This document shows, piece by piece, positions 52,314 through 61,033 of a stretch of DNA of 64,000 nt (its first letter is position 1; each line of letters opens with the position of its first letter). The translations under genes were made by a program, and so were the position numbers. Where the stretch lies: NCBI GenBank assembly GCA_963667015.2, contig CAXXJJ010000004.1, forward strand, positions 4,000,001-4,064,000. Direction: 5' to 3'. The notes below the pieces were generated by a model. It was not told the origin of the DNA and ran no database searches. It was given only the letters and a program-made list of their open reading frames with translations. Source of the DNA: Desulfatiglandales bacterium. Its GTDB lineage: Bacteria; Desulfobacterota; DSM-4660; Desulfatiglandales; HGW-15.

Positions 52314-53117
52314 ATGGACCCTCTATCAATTATCCTCCATTTCATCAGTGGAGTTTGGTATTTATTTCCAGTACTCATTATTATCCTTATTCTTAAAACC
52401 CCATGGTTTAAAGGCTGGTCTGGCGAATTAATTGTAAACTTACTTGCCCGGTGGCGGCTTGATAAAAATATATATCATCGTATTAACAATGTGACATTGC
52501 CGGCTGAGAATGGAACTACTCAGGTTGACCATGTAATTGTTTCGGTATATGGCGTTTTTGTTGTTGAAACAAAAAACATGAAAGGCTGGATATTCGGCAG
52601 TGCGGACCAGGCCACCTGGACTCAAAAGATATACAGGAATACAAATAAATTCCAGAATCCACTTCGACAGAATTACAAGCATGTAAAAACATTGCAGTCC
52701 CTTCTTGGTTTAATGGATAATCAAATCCACTCTGTTGTTATTTTTTTTGGTGACAGTAAATTTAAAACAAGCATGCCTGAAAATGTTACCCATGGTATTG
52801 GCTATATCAGATATATTAAATCCAAATCACAGCAGGTCCTTACAGAGCCTGAGGTCATGGAAATAAAACTTAAAATCATTGATGCAAAACTTGAACAATC
52901 CTTCAGTACAAATAGAAGGCATGTTCAAAATGTAAGGAATATTATCAGAGAAAAAGAAGGCAGCAGCAAACCGGCATGCCCCAGATGCGGAGGTGTAATG
53001 GTTATGCGAGAAGTTAAAAAAGGACCTAATACCGGGAAACAGTTCTGGGGATGCAAAAGGTTTCCGGGGTGCAGGGGAGTTAAACCGATTACGGTTCAGA
53101 CACAGGCCGAAAGCTGA
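52314..53117 (+). CDS. NERD nuclease-related protein with C-terminal topoisomerase-type Zn ribbon
   Basis: N-terminal TM, KG..GE, TQVDH...GVFVVETKN.KGWIFG, QNPLRQN..H, CPRCG..M...FWGC..FP.C. Confidence 0.92.
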   Translation: MDPLSIILHFISGVWYLFPVLIIILILKTPWFKGWSGELIVNLLARWRLDKNIYHRINNVTLPAENGTTQVDHVIVSVYGVFVVETKNMKGWIFGSADQATWTQKIYRNTNKFQNPLRQNYKHVKTLQSLLGLMDNQIHSVVIFFGDSKFKTSMPENVTHGIGYIRYIKSKSQQVLTEPEVMEIKLKIIDAKLEQSFSTNRRHVQNVRNIIREKEGSSKPACPRCGGVMVMREVKKGPNTGKQFWGCKRFPGCRGVKPITVQTQAES

Positions 53118-53213
53118 TAGGAAAGGCTAAATGAAAAAATGGATTCCCGTCTGCACGGTAATGACAGATGGGGGATTGGATTACCTGATTTCGTACTGTT
53201 TTGTCGGAGATAA

Positions 53214-53984
53214 TTGATGATTATGGATAGATTAGTAATTAGATGTATATTTGTTATATTTTGTACCATATTCTTTTTCAGTGCAGTCCCATCAAACGCA
53301 GATACCATTGTGCTTAAGGATGGTAATAAAATAGAAGTTGATCATGCCTGGAAAGAAGGTGATTTAATAAAAGGTAAGAAGCCTTATGGATTTGTGAGTT
53401 TCCCGCAGGATACCGTCGAGACAGTCATTTACGAAAAAGAGACCCCAAATGACTCTTTTGAATTTGATATATGGCAGGCAGGTATCAGTATCGAAAAGGC
53501 CTTTAAAATAGCTGAGAAAAATGAAATCCCATTAGCCAAAATTGGCAGCCCTTCCATGGGAAATAAGTTTAATACCAGAATATATAAAGACATCAACAAA
53601 TATAATGCTTTCCATTACCATACTAACCTCATGGACAGGCATGCGGATGTGTCACTTTGTTTTACTCCTACCAGTAGAGTCCTTCATAAGGTTATTGTCA
53701 GTCTGTCGGTTGTGGGCGCAAAAGCAAAAGAATTTAAAGAAGAAGTACTGAACATGCTTAAAAGTAAATATGGGGATAAACTTAAATATAGTAAATAGCT
53801 TTTCGGTGATACACGAATCTGGAATGCAAACAACAAATATTCAGTTAGTATGATCTACCTGCCAGGAAATATTAAGATTGAATATTCAGATAATGCACTC
53901 GGTAATCAAAACGCAAAAGAAAAAAAGAAAATAGAAGATAAGAAAAGGAAAGAATATACAGAAAAAGATTCTCATAAATTTTAG
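53214..53984 (+). pseudogene. Exported hypothetical protein interrupted by an in-frame TAG at 53796-53798
   Basis: Signal peptide plus ADTIVLKDG. The frame continues 61 sense codons past the TAG to a stop at 53982-53984, just before the next gene. Confidence 0.6.
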
Positions 53985-54006
53985 AAGAATCCGAAAGCAA
54001 ACAACT

Positions 54007-54483
54007 ATGAACTCAAGTAATGATCACGAGTTAAGAATAAACGCAGCACTCGGTAAAATAATCAGAAATTTTAATTTTTTAGAATTAAATCTCGGTTTGA
54101 GTATAAGGTGCCTTGAAAACCCAAAGAATGTAGAACAATCTCATCCTATGCTTGCTCGAACGGGCTTTGATAAAAAACTTGATAAGTTTAAAATTCTTGT
54201 CGAAAATTTGGGAGTTATAAAAGACAAGGAAGAGTTTGATAACTGGTGTCAGGACGCAGAAGAAGCAAGACGTTATAGGAATTATTACGTTCATGGTACA
54301 TGGGACTATCTCCCTTTAATAAAAGACAAACCCCTCGGATTCCACCTTCCTCCATGGAGAAAAGAGACTTTACGAGGCGAATCAATTATTAGAATGAGTA
54401 TTGATGAACTTGAATCCGATGCTCAGAAGATTGAGGATGCTAATAAAAATTTAATGAAATTACGAAATAAGTATCGTGTGTAA
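54007..54483 (+). CDS. HEPN-like helical protein
   Basis: ALG......LE N-terminal helix and RNYYVH (Rx4H) motif. Confidence 0.6.
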   Translation: MNSSNDHELRINAALGKIIRNFNFLELNLGLSIRCLENPKNVEQSHPMLARTGFDKKLDKFKILVENLGVIKDKEEFDNWCQDAEEARRYRNYYVHGTWDYLPLIKDKPLGFHLPPWRKETLRGESIIRMSIDELESDAQKIEDANKNLMKLRNKYRV

Positions 54484-54532
54484 GAAAACAAATTAAGAGT
54501 AAGAAAAAATAGAGAGGTCTACTCCTGTAATA

Positions 54533-55288
54533 ATGAGGTTGAATGTGGAAGAACATGAGAACGTTGTTAAAAAAAACGTATTTGGACCCTGGGCAACAAC
54601 AGGACTTGGGCTTGCTGTTGGTATAACTTATTTTGTGATCCAGATATTGATCATGATCGTTTTTGTTATTGCGGAATATAAATCAAATCCTAAATTGGAT
54701 TTACAACAGCTTGCTATTGAAATTGGACAGAATGGATCGTTTGTTTCGGTTGCTGTTATTGCAAGCGCGATTGTCTGCACAGGTCTGGTCTTTTTGATTA
54801 TCAAACTCAAGAAAGGGGCCGGGATTTCAGAATACCTGGGATTTATTCCGGTTAAAGGAAAAACGCTCCTTATCCTGGCGGCTCTTACAGCAGGATTCAT
54901 TATATTATCAGATAGCCTCCATTTTCTTCTTGGAAAACCTGTTGTTCCGCAGGATCAGGTTGTCGCATTCAGAACATGCGACTTTATTGCACTCTTGTGG
55001 ATATCAATAGTCATTACAGCTCCGGTTTTTGAAGAGTTCTTTGTTCGAGGCTTTCTGTTAGAAGGTTTCAGACAATCCAGAATTGGAAATACCGGGGCAA
55101 TCGTTCTAACATCATTTGTCTGGTCGATTCTTCATTTCCAGTATGGCGCCTTCGACCTGGCGATAATCTTCATCGGAGGAATATTATTGGGTATTGCGCG
55201 TATTAAGACAGGTTCTATCTGGAGTTGTGTATTCATACATGCATTGAATAATTTTGTGTCAACGATTGAGACAGTTATAGTGTCGTAG
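54533..55288 (+). CDS. CPBP/Abi (CAAX protease-like) intramembrane metalloprotease
   Basis: APVFEE...RG, W..LH, TGSIW....HALNN motifs, multiple TMs. Confidence 0.92.
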   Translation: MRLNVEEHENVVKKNVFGPWATTGLGLAVGITYFVIQILIMIVFVIAEYKSNPKLDLQQLAIEIGQNGSFVSVAVIASAIVCTGLVFLIIKLKKGAGISEYLGFIPVKGKTLLILAALTAGFIILSDSLHFLLGKPVVPQDQVVAFRTCDFIALLWISIVITAPVFEEFFVRGFLLEGFRQSRIGNTGAIVLTSFVWSILHFQYGAFDLAIIFIGGILLGIARIKTGSIWSCVFIHALNNFVSTIETVIVS

Positions 55289-55315
55289 AAAGGACTTTAG
55301 ATGCTAAGTGCAATA

Positions 55316-55419
55316 GGGGATGCCCATAAGTTCATAAGTTTGCATAGATTGATGGACTGCGGAGGACGTTTATGCAGAACGCGAAATAAAACAGAAAGTC
55401 ACGCTCTGCACAAACGTTA
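55316..55419. repeat. 104-bp repeat, copy 2
   Basis: Matches 50507-50610. Confidence 0.88.
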
Positions 55420-55453
55420 GAGAATGGAGGGGAACGTGGAGGGGAAGAGAATC

Positions 55454-55535
55454 AGACTGAAGACTGTTAGACTGTAGGCTGAAGCAAAAACTGAAAAACC
55501 TAACCTAACAGCCTATAGTAAATCCCTTCAGCCTG
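55454..55535. repeat. AGGCTGAAG/CTAACAG hairpin repeat family member
   Basis: 55454-55494 matches 58893-58933 at 38/41; complementary CTAACAGCC...CTTCAGCCTG arm follows. Confidence 0.8.
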
Positions 55536-56390
55536 CTTTTCTCTCAGCCTTGCTTTTTAGCAACAATCACATACCTGCTTGTAACCCCAAGTATCTTCTT
55601 TTTCTGCATAGCTGCCACTACCCCTGCCTGGAACCTCTCCGACGACATGGGAGCCCACATGATGTGGATTTCCTCCCAGCCTGATTTATGCATGGCATCA
55701 AGATAGTCGTTCATAAGAATGGAATTCTTTCTTTTCTCTTCCATCGCCGGAGTATTTTGAAAATCTCTCCAGTCTGCATTTATCATCGCAAGCCTGGTCT
55801 CTTTTTTACTGTTCTCACCGGCTAACCTGAAAAACCTTTCAAGAAATTTAAGGTAATCTGTTTTTGGGAGGTTCGATATACTATCTTCGCCATACTCTTT
55901 TGCCTTCTTACTGAAATAGGGCGGGTCAAAGATTATAAGGTCCGGTTTTGTCTTGCCATTGACCGGCCATTTGAGATTATGTATGTCCCAGAAATGGTTT
56001 TCTATTTCCGGTCTTTCATCCGGCCTGTCAACCATATCAAAGCTCCAGCAGCGGCGGTTGAATGCAAGGCATGTGTCAGCAGTAACACCGCCTCCGGCCA
56101 TGGGATCGATAACGAGGTCATTCTGCCGGGAGAAGTAATAGAGGATGTGAGCAACAAGCTGCGCAGGTATCCTGCCGGGCCAATCGTCGCCGAACCTCTT
56201 ATCGCAATCGGTCCATTTCCAGTCATCCCAGGACCTGAGCCCCCACTTTATTTCCTGGTATTTAGCAAGGTCATCTTTTTCCTCAAGCTTGAGTGCCCAG
56301 ACCATAGATTCAGGCCAGCCGTGCTTTTCAGCAACCTGTGGAACTGTAAATCCTTTTTTTAGATCACTATTTAGCAAAAATGCCAACTCT

Positions 56391-58293
56391 GATGGACTCG
56401 CAAAAAGTCAGAAAAAACCCCCATGAGGATTACATGTGTAAACCTACAATAATAGACCTGATCGGGAAAATTATTCTAAGTGTTCCACTAAAACGCCACA
56501 AAAGTTCTTTGAAAACTAAATAAACCTGATTATGCCTGGATGAACCGCCCTTATTGGGCCTATTATTGGGATTTGCCTTCTTTCGAAGGGAGGCAGCCCT
56601 AAATAGGTTTATACCTATAGCCTTCAAGATAGCACAGAATCGCACAGCTTCAAAGCCCCTTACCCGGAGATGCTTGACACCTGTTCGCCTGTCATATTCA
56701 GACATAGTGGCTTCCACACCTGCCCGCCATCGGTATTCGTCTTTGAACTCAGCTGTATTCTCCCTGGCTTTTCTCATGGCTAATCGCATAGCCTTTTCCT
56801 TATAACGAAAATAATAGTGTCTCTTTCCGCGTCGGACAATACATTGCTCTTCTACTTCACATTGAGAACAGGTTTCAAAAGATAAACATTGTGTAAAGCT
56901 CTTATCATTTATTTTCTTGAGAACAGGTTCATTCCCTTTCGGACATTTCAGCACATGACCATCCTCCGAAAATTCAAAGTCCTTTAGGTTTATTGAACCT
57001 TTTTCGGCATTGCTCATTACCGGTGAGATCACTGTTACTCCCATTTCTTTGGCAGTTTCACAATTATCATAGCTTCCATAGAGAGAATCAACTGTGAGTT
57101 TTTTGGGGCAGAGCCCGCGGGACTTCGCAGATTCAATTGCGGGAACCAGTGCCTGGGTGTCGCTCTGGCAAGCTTTCTCAACTTCAACATGGGTGATCAG
57201 GTTTAGAGTTCCAGCTTTTATCTCTTTGTCCTCTGTTTCTGTGTACGTCTCCATGATCTGGACCTGATAACCCTGTCCTTTATGGCTACTGTAAGTGGCA
57301 TCAGGATCTGAATGGTTTTGAAGAGAATCAGATGATACATCTTTTGGCTTCTTTACTTCGACCGGGGTAGAATCATCTGAGACATTGACGTTACACTGTT
57401 CATTTAATACCCGGTCAAGGAGCTTGTAACTGTGCATATTGGTAACTTCCTGGCAACCTTTAAATTGATGGACCAGGTCAAAAAGATCAGAACCAAGGGA
57501 CTGAAGTGTTTTAGCTGATTCTGATGGCTTTACCATTGAAAAGCACCCCAATGCCTTTTTAGAAAAATATTTATCGACAATAGCACTATCTACTTTCTCA
57601 AATTGTTCATTATAATTACGTTTGAGGTTGATCAGAAACTTATGAATTGTATGGCTGAATATGCCGATTCGCCCCAATCGTCGCATGTTTGATTTAATAT
57701 GAACTGAATCCATACGTTGAGTATCGGTGTTCACGTTAAAGATCTTTGCCAGTTTATTGGTGGTACAATTAAACAGGACTGTATCCAATTGTTTTTTTAT
57801 AACGATGTGGCGTATGTTCCACAGGGTCCTGGGGCACATGTATTTTGCTGAATCAGTATCTTCGGTAATGTTCAGAGCATAATGCCATTGGGTATTAAAG
57901 GCAAATTGCTCAATGGTTTCTTCATCGGTGAGATCAAGGCTCTGTTGTAAAACCATAACTCCGAGGGCTGTATGTAATTCTTTTGTAGGCCTGCCAAAAT
58001 CCTCAGTAAAAGAGGAGGCGATTTTGGCGACTGGGAGTTCGCAAAGCAAATGATTCCGAAATAAACCGGCCCAGGATTTATCGAGAAGCTCTCTTCGCTT
58101 TGGACTCAAATGGCCCCATGGATCGAAAAGTTCACCTTGTTTGTGGTTTTTAATCCGAATCATGCTTTTCACCTTAAATGATTGATATTTAAGAGTTTTT
58201 ATAGCATTTTCAGTAAATGGAATCAAGTGAATATTGCAGTTTATTTAAATAATTTCAAATACTTATTACAAATTGACTTTTTGCGAGTCCATC
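56391..58293 (-). mobile_element. Complete insertion sequence, IS1182/IS5-like DDE family
   Basis: Perfect 20-bp TIRs GATGGACTCGCAAAAAGTCA / TGACTTTTTGCGAGTCCATC; 6-bp TSD AACTCT (56385-56390, 58294-58299); single transposase ORF. Confidence 0.93.
56430..58163 (-). CDS. DDE transposase
   Basis: GRP, RMDSVH, DPDATY..HKG.GY, VDSLYG, CPKG...C..C...C, YRWRAGVEATMS. ATG 58163 is the likely start. Confidence 0.92.
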   Translation of the reverse strand: MIRIKNHKQGELFDPWGHLSPKRRELLDKSWAGLFRNHLLCELPVAKIASSFTEDFGRPTKELHTALGVMVLQQSLDLTDEETIEQFAFNTQWHYALNITEDTDSAKYMCPRTLWNIRHIVIKKQLDTVLFNCTTNKLAKIFNVNTDTQRMDSVHIKSNMRRLGRIGIFSHTIHKFLINLKRNYNEQFEKVDSAIVDKYFSKKALGCFSMVKPSESAKTLQSLGSDLFDLVHQFKGCQEVTNMHSYKLLDRVLNEQCNVNVSDDSTPVEVKKPKDVSSDSLQNHSDPDATYSSHKGQGYQVQIMETYTETEDKEIKAGTLNLITHVEVEKACQSDTQALVPAIESAKSRGLCPKKLTVDSLYGSYDNCETAKEMGVTVISPVMSNAEKGSINLKDFEFSEDGHVLKCPKGNEPVLKKINDKSFTQCLSFETCSQCEVEEQCIVRRGKRHYYFRYKEKAMRLAMRKARENTAEFKDEYRWRAGVEATMSEYDRRTGVKHLRVRGFEAVRFCAILKAIGINLFRAASLRKKANPNNRPNKGGSSRHNQVYLVFKELLWRFSGTLRIIFPIRSIIVGLHM

Positions 58294-58892
58294 AACTCTG
58301 GCATTTTTGCTAAATAGTTCGATATGCTTCTCTGTTGAACACTCAATCTACTGGAAATCCTTTCCTGCGGAATCCCAAGTTTATTCATTTTGAATAATTT
58401 AAGATCAAGTTTTGACTGGATGACTGCCCTCAGGTCAGAAATATAATTATCCACAGCCTGCCTGGAACGACTGAACGCCTTACCGATTTCCGCTGAACTC
58501 AATTTCGGATCATCAAGATATGCCCGTCTCACGGCATCCCTTGACTCTTCGTCACTGAGCTGCCTCGGGCCTATTGCCTTTTGAGCTGCATACAGAAGAG
58601 GATGTGTCCCATTTAGTTTTATTATCTGTGCAGGAATCTCTGTTTCACCAATTCCCTTATAGGCCTGATGCCGGTGTGCGCCGTCCAGGATACGGTATTT
58701 GCCGGGTTCATCCGGATGTTCCTGAAGATGTATGGGATCAAATTCAATGCCGTCCCGCATGTTCTCCTCAAACATTGCTACGCGTTTGTGATCGATATTG
58801 CTTCTGGGATAGATTCTTTTGTCCAGGACAATGTCCGTGGTTTTTACAGTATCGGTTTTTGAGCTCATAGTTTTTACCTTTTCCTAAGAATT

Positions 58893-58980
58893 AGGCTGAA
58901 GACTGTTAGAGTGAAGGCTGAAGCAAAAACTGACAGTTTTTAACCTGCGTTTCTAACAGTCCTCAGACTGAAAGGCTTCA
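58893..58980. repeat. AGGCTGAAG/CTAACAG hairpin repeat family member
   Basis: AGGCTGAAGACTGTTAG (58893-58909) pairs with CTAACAGTCCTCAGACT (58953-58969). Confidence 0.8.
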
Positions 58981-59386
58981 GAATGTTGTCCAGCGTGTTG
59001 TTTGAAAAAACGAAATTCCGGTTATTTGTAAAAATGTATTACTGGTAGGTGTAGATGCTTATTACAAACATCATGCCATAATGGTTCGGCTGCAGTACTT
59101 TCCTGGTTACATAGGGCTGAAACTCTTTAATATCAAGGGTATTAAAATTTTATTATTTCCTATGGGATGTTTTTATATGATTTTCTTTATGAATAAAAAA
59201 TATATGAATGCACAGTACCATGTGCATTATGCACTGTATTACATGCAAATTTTATTTTTTTAATGAGAAGACACGGATAAAGGAGAACTAAGGGATGCCG
59301 GTAAAAATAAAAACAATATTAGAAAGAAACATTTTTTAATAATCAAATAATCTATTAAAATCAATCTCTGGGAAAGCACCTTGAAT

Positions 59387-59426
59387 TGGTTGACAGAATA
59401 AACAAAAATGATAAAATTGTCAACCA
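59387..59426 (+). promoter_or_regulatory. Promoter with overlapping inverted-repeat operator
   Basis: TTGACA (59390) and TGnTAAAAT (59409-59417), bracketed by TGGTTGACA / TGTCAACCA. Confidence 0.6.
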
Positions 59427-59439
59427 TGGAGGTGCTGCC

Positions 59440-60492
59440 ATGATAAATAATTTTGGAGAAAGATTATGTGCCGCCCGGAAGATGGCGGGGCTGAGTTTGG
59501 ATGCGCTTGCCCGGAAGGCAGGGGATATAGTCACCAAGCAGGCTATCAGTAAATATGAGAAGGGTAAGATCAATCCGGGGAGTGATGTGTTGCTGGCCCT
59601 GGCAAATGCCCTTGGTGTTAAGGTGGATTTTTTCTTTCGGGCATCTGATATTGCTGTTGAAGGAATAGAATTCCGGAAACGATCAAGGCTGCCCAAAAAG
59701 GAAGAAGACCGGATCAAATATCAGACCATTGAGTTTATAAAAAAATACCTTGAGGTTGAAGAGATCCTGGATGTTAAACCTTCATTTAAAAATCCTGTTT
59801 CTACCAATCAGATAAAAAGTTACGAAGATATTGAAAATGCTGCTGCTGAGATCCGGAAAAAGTGGAAACTGGGTAATGGCCCCATTCCCAATTTAATCGA
59901 GCTTTTAGAGGATAAAGGGTTTAAAATATTTGAAGTTGAAGCAGATCAGCTCTTTGATGGACTTTCCGGAGTTGTTGAAGGGAAAAGGATACCGGTTATT
60001 GCGGTCTATAAAAAGAGCGAGGCAGTTCGTAAAAGATTTACTATCGCGCATGAACTGGGTCATCTTCTCCTTGATTTTTCTGGATCAAAAGTTGACTCCT
60101 ATGAAAAACTATGCCATGCCTTTGCAGGCGCCCTGCTTCTTCCAAGAGAGGTGATGTTTGAAGAACTCTGGGAAAAGCGTAGCAGAGTTACCGAATGGGA
60201 ACTGTTGAAAATAAAAGGCCTTTATGGTGCATCCATGCAAGCCATTATGGCCAGGGCATTTCACCTTAAAATCATTTCTGAAAATGTGTACCGGCAGTTC
60301 AATATTTTTGTAAATAAAAACGGCTGGAGAAAGTCAGAACCTGGAGAAAATGAAGGTATTGAAGAGGCGAACCGATTTAAACAGCTTGTGATGTATGCTG
60401 TTGCAGAGAGGATTATAAGTTTCAGTAAAGGTGCAGAGCTTTTTAACCAGTCTCTGGATGACTTTGAAAAGGAGGTTCGTGTGGTTTCATGA
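59440..60492 (+). CDS. XRE-family HTH fused to ImmA/IrrE (M78) metallopeptidase
   Basis: GERL..AR...GLS...LA....KQAISKYEKG HTH; RFTIAHELGH HExxH; E..C..FAGALLLP. GGAGG RBS. Confidence 0.93.
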   Translation: MINNFGERLCAARKMAGLSLDALARKAGDIVTKQAISKYEKGKINPGSDVLLALANALGVKVDFFFRASDIAVEGIEFRKRSRLPKKEEDRIKYQTIEFIKKYLEVEEILDVKPSFKNPVSTNQIKSYEDIENAAAEIRKKWKLGNGPIPNLIELLEDKGFKIFEVEADQLFDGLSGVVEGKRIPVIAVYKKSEAVRKRFTIAHELGHLLLDFSGSKVDSYEKLCHAFAGALLLPREVMFEELWEKRSRVTEWELLKIKGLYGASMQAIMARAFHLKIISENVYRQFNIFVNKNGWRKSEPGENEGIEEANRFKQLVMYAVAERIISFSKGAELFNQSLDDFEKEVRVVS

Positions 60493-60989
60493 TCCTTCTT
60501 GTAAATGATGCCAATATCCTGATTGATCTTCTCAAAACCAATCTGATTGAACAGTTCTTTGGTCTCAATTATGAGTTTCATGTCACGGATTTTGCTGTTA
60601 ATGAAATCCATGAAACAAATGTAATTCAACTGGATGCCGTTATTAAACAGAAAAAGCTTGTCAAATGGAGCTTTGGATTTAAAGAGTTGCTTGAGATCCA
60701 GTCTCTTGAAACGAAATACAAAAAGCTAAGTATTACGGACTGCTCATGTCTCTTTCTTGCAAACAGGCTTTCAGCGACATTGTTGACAGGTGATTCAGTG
60801 TTGCGGGGTATTGCAGAGGATAAAAGAATATCAGTACACGGCACTCTATGGGTTTTTGATGAACTTGTTAAAAATAAACGCATATCTCTTGACAAGGCCT
60901 GTAAAAAACTAAATCACCTGATGGAAATAAACCCCAGACTGCCCTTTGATGAGTGTAATAAACGATTATACAAATGGAAAAAGGGATGA
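60489..60989 (+). CDS. PIN-domain protein
   Basis: VNDANILID, E, LS.TD, LLTGD..LR, HGTLW; ATGA overlap with the upstream gene. Confidence 0.88.
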   Translation: MILLVNDANILIDLLKTNLIEQFFGLNYEFHVTDFAVNEIHETNVIQLDAVIKQKKLVKWSFGFKELLEIQSLETKYKKLSITDCSCLFLANRLSATLLTGDSVLRGIAEDKRISVHGTLWVFDELVKNKRISLDKACKKLNHLMEINPRLPFDECNKRLYKWKKG

Positions 60990-61033
60990 TAGCAGGCTGC
61001 TAAATAAACTTATATTTCACTTTGTTGAACTGT

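Larger units (their letters stand above)
55544..58868 (-). pseudogene. ParB-HTH-DNA methyltransferase fusion gene split by IS insertion
   Basis: 58868-58294 (ILDGAHR ParB motif, HTH-like segments) joined to 56384-55544 (DPMAGGG, DPPY) gives 1416 bp, an uninterrupted 471-aa ORF. Confidence 0.9.

Noticed and set aside
53140..53166. TGGATTCCCGTCTGCACGGTAATGACA, a dRS3/RPE-like palindrome
   Set aside because: Single degenerate copy of a common repeat type; nothing further can be supported.
52314..55288. Integron cassette array
   Set aside because: The genes look cassette-like, but I found no RYYYAAC...GTTRRRY attC sites between them and no intI.
58266..58868. Stand-alone 200-aa ParB gene (and stand-alone MTase 55544-56386)
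   Set aside because: These are two halves of one IS-split gene; the MDSQKVNL tail is IS TIR sequence.
38138..58970. CTAACA hexamers in the island as Pho boxes
   Set aside because: They are embedded in the AGGCTGAAG/CTAACAG repeat family and lack the 11-bp period.
38000..59000. Repeats as a CRISPR array
   Set aside because: No constant repeat with regular unique spacers and no cas genes.
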